32,435 nucleotides of DNA, taken from Sarea resinae (taxonomy: Eukaryota). The translations under genes were made by a program, and so were the position numbers. Positions within the stretch are counted from its first letter, which is position 1. Every line of letters begins with the position of its first letter. Below are positions 11,937-23,032 of the stretch, one piece after another. A model generated the notes under the pieces. The model was not told where the DNA came from. It did not search any database and saw nothing but the letters and a program-made list of their open reading frames with translations. Where the stretch lies: NCBI GenBank assembly GCA_026026165.1, contig JAPEUD010000123.1, positions 1 through 32,435 on the forward strand. The letters run 5' to 3'.

Positions 11937-14435
11937 TCACCATGGAAGAGCATTGAGCGCTTCCTGAACAACGGGGTCAGTCGTGTCCTCGGGCCACGTG
12001 ACAGGACCCAGCCCAAAAACTACATAGTCAGCCTCAGACATCTTGAACTCTGTGACCTTGGCCAACTCGGCTTCGACCTCCGCTTTCTCTTCAGCGGTCA
12101 ATGGAGACATGCTTTCAATAGGTGATGTAGAGACAAGGCTATTAGGAGACGTAGACTCCAGCTGAGGCACATCAGGTTCGATGAGCTGGCCATTGGCAGG
12201 TTCGATCAGCTGGCCGTTGGCAGGTTCGTCACCAATGTCTGAGCCAACAGTGGAGGTGGATAGACGGCTTGAGGCTCTCAACCCACTTGGCTGCTTAGGC
12301 TTGTACTTCTCGGCCTGAGACCTCGCACGAGCAAGGGCATCCGATGGCAATGATGCGTGGGCGGGCGTGGGCCTGGGTGGAGGGGGCTGAGTCCACGACT
12401 CGGATTTTGAACCTTCCATGCTCTCCGACGGCGTAGTGACTGTCACCTCAGGTACAGATGAACCCGCGTTTTGGGATGCTTGAGCTGGATTAATCTGAGA
12501 CTTGGCTGATTCTGCGGTCTGATCCGATGGCGTAGTGACGAACGAGAAAGCGGGCTTTTCAGTCAGCGGATCTGCACTGGCCTTGGCGAAAATGTTGTCT
12601 GTGATCGTAGCCGTCGGTGCTACCGCATCACCCCCGTTAGAGAGTTCTTCGTCACTATCGCTTGAATCGGAGTAGTCTGGAACCCGGAAACATCCTCTAT
12701 AATTTCTTTCCTCTGGAGGGATGCCGAGGTTCTTCCACACTTGGGCATTCTCTTTACCTTTCCAATCCGGTTCTTTACCTTTCCAATTCGGTTCATCATC
12801 TTCAGATGATGATGATGAGTCGCTATAACTTGGCGCACAAAATGTGCCTCCATAGTTTCGCTGTTCGGGAGGGACTTTTGCAAGATTCTTGGGAACCTTC
12901 TTGAATTTATGCTGCCACTCTGGAGGAACTTTATCCCAAGATGCAGGATGTTTCGCTGGGCGATCTGGAGAATCTGTATCTACCCTCTTCCTCTTCTGGC
13001 CGACAGAATGGGCTGTCTCATCGTCAGAGTTATCATCGTCTTCTACTGTCGCTTGCATGACCCTTATGTTTTGGGCCTTTCTTTCTTCTATGCGTTTGGC
13101 TCGGTCTTCTCTGGCCTTAGCCTCGGCCTCGGCTTTCTTTTTCTCGGCTGCAGCCTCACGCATACGCCTCCTCCTCCCATACACCAAGTCTGCCTTTATC
13201 AACATCTTTTTCTGGTCTTCCTCAATCTGGGCAGCCGTCCTCCTACTGGCAGCTTCAGCAAGCTTAGCCGACTTGGCATCTTCATTTGGTTCCGAGAACC
13301 GTCGATGACCTCGAGCCGCTCCAATCTTCTTTCTCTCGGTTGCAGCTTCACGCATGCGCCTCCTCCCATACATTGAATCTGCCTTTATCAACATGTTCTT
13401 TTGGCCTTCTTCAGTTTGGGCATCCGTCCTCTTGCTGGCAGCTTCAGCATGTTTAGCCGACTCTGCATCTTCATTTGATTCCGAGAACCGTGAATGACCT
13501 TGAGCCGCTCCAGTTGATGCATTTGACTTATCAGTTCCAGTAGCGGCTGTAGCTTGAGGAGTAGGCCCTGCGCGAAACCTGAAGCCAGGAATGATGCTCG
13601 CGAAGTTGATTCGAGGCACTGAATTCACCAGAGCACTAATGCCCCATCCTTGGCGACGAGGAGTTTCGGGGACTTCTTCCGGGGTGGCAGGTTGAACTCC
13701 TTGTGCTTCCTCTTTCGCAGGATCATTTCGATCACCCACAGGATGTCGTGCAGTACTTGTGGCAGGTAGTTTGCGTCTAGTCCTGCGTCGTGTGGGCGGT
13801 GGGCTTGATTGAGGCTCCGTATCGAGTCGTGCTCGTTGTTGTGGACGAGGATTCTGCTCCTCTTCCCCTTGAAACGCAGAGCGACGCTTGCGCGAACTTG
13901 CTAGAGGGGCGAGTTGAGGGTTGAAAAGCTGATGGTCTAAAATCAAGTTGATTAGAACCTCTCTCGGAAACATCTTGAGCTCATCCCGACTAAAATGTCG
14001 CATGGGGCCAATCATTGCCTTGGTCAGACTGTCGATGCTCTTGACCTCCTCAGGCGTATTTGACTTCCTCCGCAATGCTTTCATGATACGGGGTGTTGCA
14101 GGATTGTGAGGAGAAATGGCACTGGACACCATAATTCTAGAGAAAGAATTATGGGACTGGGGGGGGTCCAATGCCAGGTTTGTAGGAGGGGCCACTGGCT
14201 GTATTGAATTGATCTCACTCTTGAAGTTCTCCTGTCCACCTCTTTGCTCTTGACCGCTTGCGCTATCTACTACCTGGCCTTCATCATGGTCGGACCTCTG
14301 CTCTTGGTCTTGATCAGAGGTGGGTGGTGTGGGTTCGGTAGCCTTATCTGGCTTTTTCTTGCGTGTAGTACGCTTCTTTGGTGTTTCGAGAGATTTATAC
14401 CCCCCTGGGGACTGCGCCATACTGCGCGTCCTCAT
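11937..14435 (-). CDS. Uncharacterised ~832-aa low-complexity, probably disordered protein with internal tandem repeats
   Basis: Long uninterrupted ORF. The likely start is MRTRSMAQSPGG (ATG at 14435); the upstream in-frame 153 codons look like UTR. Contains basic NLS-like clusters (KRKR, RKRR), acidic Ser tracts and a C-terminal ALARARSQAEKYKPKQPSGLRASSR segment. Confidence 0.8.
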   Translation of the reverse strand: MRTRSMAQSPGGYKSLETPKKRTTRKKKPDKATEPTPPTSDQDQEQRSDHDEGQVVDSASGQEQRGGQENFKSEINSIQPVAPPTNLALDPPQSHNSFSRIMVSSAISPHNPATPRIMKALRRKSNTPEEVKSIDSLTKAMIGPMRHFSRDELKMFPREVLINLILDHQLFNPQLAPLASSRKRRSAFQGEEEQNPRPQQRARLDTEPQSSPPPTRRRTRRKLPATSTARHPVGDRNDPAKEEAQGVQPATPEEVPETPRRQGWGISALVNSVPRINFASIIPGFRFRAGPTPQATAATGTDKSNASTGAAQGHSRFSESNEDAESAKHAEAASKRTDAQTEEGQKNMLIKADSMYGRRRMREAATERKKIGAARGHRRFSEPNEDAKSAKLAEAASRRTAAQIEEDQKKMLIKADLVYGRRRRMREAAAEKKKAEAEAKAREDRAKRIEERKAQNIRVMQATVEDDDNSDDETAHSVGQKRKRVDTDSPDRPAKHPASWDKVPPEWQHKFKKVPKNLAKVPPEQRNYGGTFCAPSYSDSSSSSEDDEPNWKGKEPDWKGKENAQVWKNLGIPPEERNYRGCFRVPDYSDSSDSDEELSNGGDAVAPTATITDNIFAKASADPLTEKPAFSFVTTPSDQTAESAKSQINPAQASQNAGSSVPEVTVTTPSESMEGSKSESWTQPPPPRPTPAHASLPSDALARARSQAEKYKPKQPSGLRASSRLSTSTVGSDIGDEPANGQLIEPANGQLIEPDVPQLESTSPNSLVSTSPIESMSPLTAEEKAEVEAELAKVTEFKMSEADYVVFGLGPVTWPEDTTDPVVQEALNALPW
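13132..13512 (-). repeat. In-frame tandem duplication of ~189 bp (63 aa) within the uncharacterised gene
   Basis: GAAQGHSRFSESNEDAESAKHAEAASKRT...MREAATERKK is followed directly by GAARGHRRFSEPNEDAKSAKLAEAASRRT...MREAAAEKKK. Confidence 0.9.
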
Positions 14436-15807
14436 GATGACGATGATTTCAAACGACGAGGAAAGTGGTTCGCGTGTCGAGGCGTCGGATTGAAGCAGTC
14501 GAGGAAGTGACTTGTCGATATGAGGCGTGTCGGTCAAGTTCGATGACTCGGATGGAAAGTGCTGATCATTGGCGACGATGGTGGTGGAAAGTAACAAGTG
14601 ATGAAGAGAGAGATGATGTTGATGATGATGTGCGCCTGTCGTTGTTTTGTTTACCGAAAGAAGATGAGAGAGATGATGAAGAGTGAAGGGCAAGGTAGAG
14701 ACGCGATGGGTGATGAGCGATGGGCGATGAGCGATGATGGTATCGTGGTGAATCGACTCCAAGTTACGAGTGCGACGGCGCTGGCGGGTACGAGAGCACT
14801 GCAGGATGCAAAGTGCCAGGACGCGGAGGTACCTCGTCTTGGCGACGCGAATCGAGTGTTTGGTTGTGTCTGTAGGTAGGGTGACATGCAGCACGCGTAC
14901 CTACTTCTGCATTCGGCAGAAAAGTCCTGGTGGAATGCGGAAAGGGAAGGCGGAGAGAAGAACGAGACGGAGATGAGGTACTCCGTAGTAGCAGCAGGTG
15001 ATGCTTACCGCGAGTCGAGTCGGTGTCGCGATGTTCTGAGACCATACGAAGACGAAACCTGGAAGGAGGGAAGAGTCTACGAGTACTGGACTGGGAGGTG
15101 GTCGTTGGCATCACGGCGTCGCTCCCTCGTTTTCGTTGTTTACCTTACGGCTGATGTTTCCGAGGCGATAACACAAACGTGCGTACATGTATGGTGAATA
15201 TGGCAGGCACCCACGAAGTCATTCACTGTCCACTAGGTACGAGATTCGCACAGCGGAGCTTTGACCGTATCGATTGCCAAATTGGCCCATTTCAAGCTCA
15301 TCGGTGGTCTTCCAGGATTGCGTTGACCGCAAACGTCAATAGGCATCTTGAAGCAAGTTGCACAGCTGCCTTACTGTCTAGTGTATCACTCATGAGGTAT
15401 CTATAAAGCTCACACGACTCCCCAAAATTACAATGATATTACACCTGGCAAGCGACGCTCCTTCCGACCAGTCAAGGTGACAGAGCCATGCGTACACAAG
15501 CCGTAGATTCTCGACGCTGCTCGATCCTGCTCCGGCCGGTATGAGCTGTCAGTGTCCTGCCGTGTGGTGCAGACTTCGAATGTATAGCAAGGAGTTCGGA
15601 CGCCCTTCATGAACAAGGCAGATCAAAAGAGACAAAACGCTGTGAATGGGTAAGGCCCGTTTCAGGCGGCGACAGAGTGTCAGGATAACTCACAAATGAC
15701 ATTTATGTGTGAGAGCTACAGCTCTCTTTCCAGATCCAGACGCCGATAGTGTGGATATGCAAGAACAAAGGAGATGCACCGATGGCGTTAGGAGTCGCCG
15801 AGAACAC

Positions 15808-17282
15808 TCAATCATACTGAAACAAGACGCTAATGCTCTCGCCATGATGAACTCTTCGTATGGCCTAAGTGTTCATTGTAAGAGGTGAAAAGCCGCATAA
15901 TCGAATGTGAACCAACTTACTTCGGCGAATACAGTACCCACATCCAGAACTTCTAATTTGGGGCACCGCTGCTGATGATCGGCCTGGGGGACACTGTTCG
16001 TGACGATGATTTTGTCTATTGCGCTTGCGTTGATTCTCTCAATGGCATCTCCGCTCAAGACCCCGTGAGTGATCAGCGCATATACCTCAGTAGCCCCTTC
16101 TTTCTTGAGCAGTTTCGCTGCCCGAGTGATGGTATTGGAGGTGTCCGCGAGGTCATCGATCAGGATAGCAGTGCGGTCTGCTACATCGCCAACCAACATC
16201 ATTGTTGCGTTCTGCCGGTCATTTATGCGGGTTGGTCGGCGTTCCTAAATACCTGTCAACATTCGCCTATGGCGATAGCCCGCCTTTCCTACCTTGTGAA
16301 TCAATGCAAAAGGCATCCCCAGCGAATCTGCAATAGCAGTGGCTCTCTTGGCACCACCGGCATCGGGGCTGACAATGACGGCTTCTCGGTAGTCAGGAAT
16401 GTTGTATTGAATATACTTCTTGAGGAGCGGTCTTCCGTATAAGTTATCTACGGGAATATCGAAGAAACCTTGGTACTGGGGGTCGTGCAGATCCATAGTG
16501 ATGATGTGATCGGCTCCAGCACAAGTGAGAAGATCCGCAACAAGAGTGCCCGCCTGAGCAACCCACTGCTTGTATCCTGGACGAGGTTGGAAGTTTGATG
16601 TCTTTGAGGTTTTTGATGAAATGCTAGCGTTCTCATCGGCGCCGTTGGCTTTGGTCAAAGAAGAAACAGACGTTCCGCGCTCGCGGCCACCAGTATTCGA
16701 GCTCGTGGAATCGCACCCGTCCGATCGCTTCGAGGTTCCATTCAGATAATCCGACACCCGAGCTTTCTTGAGAGGACTCAAATTCTGCTGGGCATCCTGA
16801 CTATCATCGAGCTGTGCTTTACTCAACTTCTTATACAGGCCCTCAACACTTCCATTTAGCCCAGGACTCTCGCCCAAACTAGGATGGGGTGTCTGTGGGG
16901 TGCTCTCAAAGGTATAGAACCCAGGCTTGTTGTAGTCGTTGGAGGCTTTTGCGAGAGGCGCCCCAGCCTTGTTGTAAGGAATGTCGCTCTGCCTGGAGTA
17001 GGGGAAAAGTGGAAGGACAGCCGTCACCCGTTTCGCAGAAGCGGTTTTGCAGGCGGAAATGGTGATCAGTAATTCCATGAGATGATCGTTGACTTTCCCT
17101 CCGCCGGACTGGATGATATAGACATCTTTCCCTCGGACGGATTCTTTGATCTCGACTCGAGTCTCTCCCACGGCGAATTTGGAGAGCAGAATATTGGCAG
17201 GAGGGATGGAGAGGTGGTTGCAGATAGTCTCGTTCAATTGTGGATGGGAGCTCCCCCCGAGAACGACAATATTGCGAACCAT
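15808..17282 (-). CDS. PRS5: Ribose-phosphate pyrophosphokinase (PRPP synthetase), Prs5-type with a non-homologous insertion
   Basis: Exons 17282-16293, 16244-15921, 15864-15808. Motifs [74 protein letters not shown] ~130-aa low-complexity insert follows YSRQSDIPY. Confidence 0.9.
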
Positions 17283-18458
17283 GACGGTGGTGGTGAGGGC
17301 ACACCGAAAGCCAACACGGACTCAGCGATGAAGGGATCGGAAAGAGAAGCGCTTATTCGAAGGTGGTGAGCAAAGATCTGGGCTTTTCCCGAATTTTTTT
17401 CCTTCGTGGGGTAGCTCCAGAGTCCCAGTTGGCAGGACACGACGGAAGTATCCGGTACTGATCTTTTCTTAAGTGCGAAGTGATCTCCGCGATGACCAGC
17501 AAGGATTCCAGCGTCGCAGGATCTTGTATCACCGAGGTCTATTGTGTCGCATAGCAGAAGCACTGATGGTGGAGAGTCGTGATGATGAGGATGATGTGAA
17601 CGAGAACAACAGTTGATGACAAGTCTCGTATTCAGCAGTGAATGCCTGGGGTAATAACCTAAGGATCTGGCAAAATTGGAATACCGGCTAGGTTTCGGCA
17701 GAGCTAGGGGGCCAAGATTAAGGTGAAGAGAGCAAAGCCAGCGGAAAATTCTCTTTTGTGGTCACCGACCGGCCACGGTATACCGACTAATACTGCTGAC
17801 TTCTTCTATCTCTACGTGCTACTAACATGAATGATCTCCCAATTCTCGTCTTTTGCCATCCCAGACGAGCAATCTCACTGCTAGCTCGCACGTCAAAAGG
17901 TCGGACGATCTCGCCTTCACTGAAGGGGCTGTCGTGAAGTCTCCAAGGAAATGGGCGTGTACCGACGTTTGCGACTAAGCGTATGTTAGCAAGTAGGTAG
18001 AGTGTACTCGCTTATCGATAAAGAGATGGATGCGTCCACTGTGTTCAGAAAAACAAAGGAAACAGCGCGCGCCAGGGTATCATTCGTAAGCTGCGCCAAT
18101 GGAATGAATTATCCATCCCTTGGGTAACTGCAATTGCTGAAGCAATACATCCCATTGGGACATAGTACTGTGCAGTAAGGTAGGTTGCATGCGAGAAGCC
18201 AACTGACACAGCCCGACATACGGAACATCCATGGATGGCGAAGACTACGTAGGTAGGTAGCTAATGCTGATCTTGATGATTCTAATGTTGCGATACGGTC
18301 CCATTACATATATCAGAAACATATCTCAATTGCACACATGCACGTATTTTACCTTGCTTCTACTATATACTCCCGCTGCTTCAGCTGTCTACCATACAGT
18401 TTCCCAAGATCATTCACAAATCTCCACGGCTACATTGGACCAGCCCTGCTTCGTCGAT

Positions 18459-19306
18459 TCAGGATGACCTCTTTGTAAGAACGCCGACCATGCCTGGCAC
18501 GGCCGAGTACTTGGAGGAGTCCATTCGCAAGCCCATCCGGACATCATCCCACTCGCCCACCTCCTTGAGCATCTCATCCGTGTTCCTGAGAAGTGAACAT
18601 CCATTGAAGAAGCGTGGCCATACGATATTGAGGGCCTCTTTCAGCCCGTTGAGGCACGGATTAGCTTGCCGGTCCTGAGCAGCGCAACTGACATCGATCT
18701 TCTCGTACCTTGATACCGTGCCACGAATCCCTTCTGATGCGTCCTCACATGCTCACACATGATCCACTGCCCGCCAGGCTTCAGATAGTCGTACAATTCC
18801 CGAATCAGCGTTGCCGGCTCAGGTACACTGCATAGCACCTGCAGAGTGACGATGGTGTCGACGCTCTCCTTTCCGATGCCCAAGCCCAGGGTCTTGAGGT
18901 CCTCGGCACCAGCGCCAATCACTTCATAAGTCCCTTCGAGGCCAGCCTTCTTGACCTTCTCTCGAAGCGTGGCATGATGTCCAATGTTTGGCTCGACTCC
19001 ATAGACCTTGGTCACGTTGGCTGCATTGTACAGGTGCAACCACTCGCCGCTGCCAGGACCGATATCTAATACTACGCCCCGCGCAAGAGAGATGAAGGGT
19101 GTGACATCGGGGGTTCCTTGTTCTGCGATTGTGGGACCGATCTGAGACCAGAAGTTTGCAAACCAGATGGATTGGAAGGTCGGCCAGTCGAGCAGAGCGG
19201 AAAACTGCCGATTGCGAAGGATCTTTATGACAGTACGTGGAAGAAAGGTGAGTGCGAGTACGATTAGATATAGAGGGGCTAGGAGGGCGATAATAGCAGA
19301 GAACAT
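18459..19306 (-). CDS. Class I SAM-dependent methyltransferase, METTL7/thiol-methyltransferase-like, with an N-terminal hydrophobic anchor
   Basis: Exons 19306-18709 and 18637-18459 (GTACGA..GCTAAT..AAG). Motifs VLDIGPGSG, GVEPN, VLCSVP, LKPGGQWIMCEHV; exon 2 gives WPRFFNGCSLLRNT. Confidence 0.85.
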
Positions 19307-20438
19307 TTTGGGAGACGGGTATTAATACTGAGGACAGTCCAAAGTGATCAATGGAGGGATGCTCGGCGCATACATATGGTACCTTACGGTAGTTTGCCCA
19401 GGGAATTCAAAGTATTGCAACCGTCATTGGATCCCTCGATGACAGATGGCGTCGCTGACTGATCATTTCAGAGAACTCCGGAGTAGTTCTCGCGTCCGCT
19501 CGGGTTCCTTCTTCCTGCAGGTTCCCTTCCTTGCGAGAGCACCTGATAGGTACTTCTAGGAAGTACACCCTCATGTCGTGACCGAGCGGTGTGCCATAGT
19601 AAGACGTCCTCTCCGGTACTTGCATTGCAGATGAGGACTTGAATAACGAGTACTACGTACTCCGGAGTACGTCGATCATGTCAAGTTTCCGCTGTGGAGA
19701 AAAGGCCCCGTCCCGATAGCTGTCCAGATGATGAGGGTGGACAGCCTTGGAAAGCATTGATCTCACCTTGGGGGCGCGCGGCAGCCTGCTACGTAGTACA
19801 CCGAAGTACACGAGCAGAACGTGGAGGTCAGACTGTTTCTATTTATGAGCCTCCTTAAGGCTGGCTCTTTGGGGAGGGGCAGCGGCGGGGTGGGTGGTGG
19901 TGTTGGAAGATGGCTCAAAGTGCTCCCTCCCGCCTATCGACGCGGTGGTCCCGGGCATGGTGGCAGCGCTTGCTAGGGGTGGAAACGTCCGTTTGCAGTT
20001 CATTTAGGGAGCATCATCACCGTGGCTGGCTGGACATGGACGACTCTAGGAAGTACGAAGTACTCCACAGTCACGGTCTGGTACCGGCCACCAGGCTTGA
20101 TACTGGCGTGCTACTGTATTAGCTACTTGAGTCTACTTCATGACTACCTATCCCTCGTACCAGACGCAGACGAGCCGCTCGCTCCCTTAGCTGGTCCACA
20201 AGAGAGTCGCACGCACATGGGATACGTCCTCCGTAATCCGTACCGGAGTACACACTAAGGTACGTAGTGCGAGTAGTATTCGTAGTGTACGGATAAACTG
20301 AGCGTGGTGGTAAAAGGGCTGCCGAATTCAGAGGGATCCAGCGCTGTTTCTAGCTGCCCTTTTACTCTGCGAGTCGCCGCCTGAAGCGCTCGCTTTCCGA
20401 GATCGGCTAGAATTGAACCCATGACGGAGGCTCTCTTG

Positions 20439-22380
20439 ATGGGCCCGGCCCTTGACGCCGACATGGTCAGACCTCCGAATAGGCGCACGCATAACATGGA
20501 GGGTTGCCCTAGAGTGAATGAGGACAGACTCCTCGGACCCTGGGTTTGCGGATCAGCAGTAGACTTCGCGAACCGTCTGCAACGAGGGTCCGACGCCAGA
20601 AAGAGAAGACCCCCCACCTCGACGCCGAGCATTACGCTCGTCTTGCCCAGGACAAGAAGAACGAGCCTTCCCTTCCTTTGGTGGCTTTCTCTACGCAACA
20701 GAGCATGGATAGGGAATAGAACCATTGGCAGTGGTAAGTCTACGATTGCCGTTGTCTCTTTCCGACAGTGCACCAGCTGATTTCTTCTCTCAGTCTCTGC
20801 TCTATGTTCGACACCGGCTCGTCGCTTCTCGAACGTCTTCGTGATATCGACATAACGGTGTTGAAGGTCTACATGGTTTAGTATCTAGACAAGCACAATG
20901 TCACCAAGTTAAACTCGTTCTACGTCAAGATGCGCACCTAGAGGATGGTATACAGGCACAAGATACACAAGTATCTTCCCGTTCGTATGACAACAGAAAT
21001 GAAGAATGTACGTCTCTTAATCGAGTTCAATCTCAACGAAGAAGTCTAATACCCTTCAGTATATAGGGACCGAGCTGAAAGAGGCTTATGAACTCGATGA
21101 AAGCTCCGCTGACAAGCCGGTCATGAACGTCGATGACTTCCTTTTGCTTGTATTTCATCACTAGAAGTTCCCTACTCAATATTATTCGACCGCGCGAGAT
21201 TCCCATCAACATAGCCTACTTCTTCTGTTGATCGTATATACAACCGCTCGCGGTGGTACTCTCGTTGAAGGCGGCGGCTAACATAGAAGAAGTGATTGTC
21301 TCAAGTACAAAGACATTAAGCTCTTTCTGATACGAGATCCGAACGCCGTTTCCTGTCGATCAATCCTCATGAAAATCAAGCTTCGTCTTACAAAGGGCAA
21401 GAGGAACAAGGGTGCTTTGTTAGTATGTCTTTCCGCGATAAATTTTCAGCACTAAGACCTTGACGCAATAGTCCTATCTTTGTTTTTCATGAGCGAGACG
21501 ATATCTGGCGCTCTGTCCAATTCTACATGTTCTAGCACTTTCTTTCGCCGATCACGCATTCAAAAGTCTGCATCTTCAAACGTCTGCACAACTCTACAGT
21601 ACAGAAATACCTATCATTCTGCAAAGCGTCCCGCTTGAGTAGAAAACGTCAATGAAAGAGACACCACTTCTTCGACGCTCCATTCGTACTATAAATGGGG
21701 TTGTCACCTCACCTACAGAGGCCTTACAGTTTGGAACCGTTTCTCGTCAAACAATCTCTCTAGGACAGTCAGCTGGGTTTGAAGCACCCCTGCAGCTGTA
21801 CGCTCTTCGAAGAGGAGCTAGGAATGCTGTTAACAGTTAGTTATGTCTATCAATTATCTATCTTCAAGTTCTAATCCTTCTCTTGAAGAGACTGCCAGTA
21901 TATCCGAGCGGAAACAAATCATAGGTCATTCTTGAGCTGACATATTCGATCAATCCTATCTCAATCAGATCGTCGGTGCGGATGTGCAATTAGCCTACCT
22001 CGGGACGCCTTCCAAGGATGCACTGATCAAATTAGCGAGTCACATGAGCTTCACTCGAGATCCACGAGCCATGCTTGCTGTAACAGCTATGACCGCGAAG
22101 AATATAGAGCAGAAGGTTCGAGATAGTTCTCAAGCGCAAGACCTCATTGCGAGACGTGACGATCTGAGAAACAGTATTATCGCCGAGTATAGACTTCTCA
22201 AGAATGCTCAAGATACGAAATTAGGTAACGACTATCGAGATGTCAGAGCAGATCTTAGGACGGAGAAGGCGTCAATCCAGCGCGCACAATTCCAGATCAA
22301 TTAGAAGACGTATTTTGCCAACATCGGCTGCAATGAGATTGATCGGCAGCGTCGTGGCTATCGCGGCAGTCAGAACTTGT
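20439..22380 (+). pseudogene. DUF3435 tyrosine recombinase (Starship 'captain'-family) pseudogene, RIP-mutated and 3'-truncated
   Basis: Manual spliced translation uses introns 20734-20793, 21008-21059, 21419-21471 and 21836-21888. It gives DKPVMNVDDFLLL, LLLIVYTTARGGTLVE, CLKYKDIKLFLIR, KGKRNKG, PIFVFHERD-LALCPILHVLALSFADHAF, LGQSAGFEAPLQLYALRRG, RKQIIGHS*ADIFDQSYLN, HMSFTRDPRA and EIDRQ. Multiple stops and at least two frameshifts; the start position is approximate. Confidence 0.85.
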
Positions 22381-23032
22381 CGACCGGTCAGAAGATGCTA
22401 GACACTCGCTTCAAGAGCTTCAAGATATCTCGGCAGAAGAAGGCAATCTCCTTTTCGTCCTGTCGCCTTTTCGTCTTTTCCACGCGACAGAGCTCTCCGG
22501 TAATTAGCATTGGTTGATCCCTCGGTACCGAAGCGAGCAGTCACGGCTCGTCATGTCGCGCGAGCTCAGCATGCTAACCATGCGTGGTAGAATCTCCTAC
22601 ATCTCACCTCTACTCCTAAATTCCACGTGTTCGGCCGTTGCCGTTCCTCCTGTCGCTGACGGTTTCCGCGTGTCTTACCGCTCTTCTTGGTCCTCATGGC
22701 TTATTTGTAGCGTCTACTACGTATAGCTCGACTACCGGACACCTTGTCTGCTTTCCTGACTGCCGGGCTGATCAAACTCCGCCCCGTCGGTACTTATTTC
22801 CTGCCTTCTTCAGTATCTTTATTACTAGTTTGTTGGCTAGTTAGGCTACCGCAATGGCCATTTCCCTCATAGCCGCAGCCCCGCAGCTCCAGTCCAGCGC
22901 CCCTTTCGAGGCCAAACCTGGTTCCGGGCCGGCTCGACCCTAGCGCCAGATTCAAGCCCACATTTCACTTATAAGAGGCACAGATGCATGAAAGATGCGT
23001 CTCAGAAGCAGTGTGCCGTCTCCTCGCTCAAG

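Noticed and set aside
14436..14894. N-terminal 153 aa of the 985-aa ORF as protein
   Set aside because: The ORF call begins at a non-ATG codon, and the His/Leu/Thr-rich translation reflects TCA repeats. ATG 14435 is the more plausible start.
16570..16975. Large insertion in PRPP synthetase as an intein or unspliced intron
   Set aside because: It is in frame and low complexity, lacks intein terminal residues, and matches the position of the known Prs5 non-homologous region.
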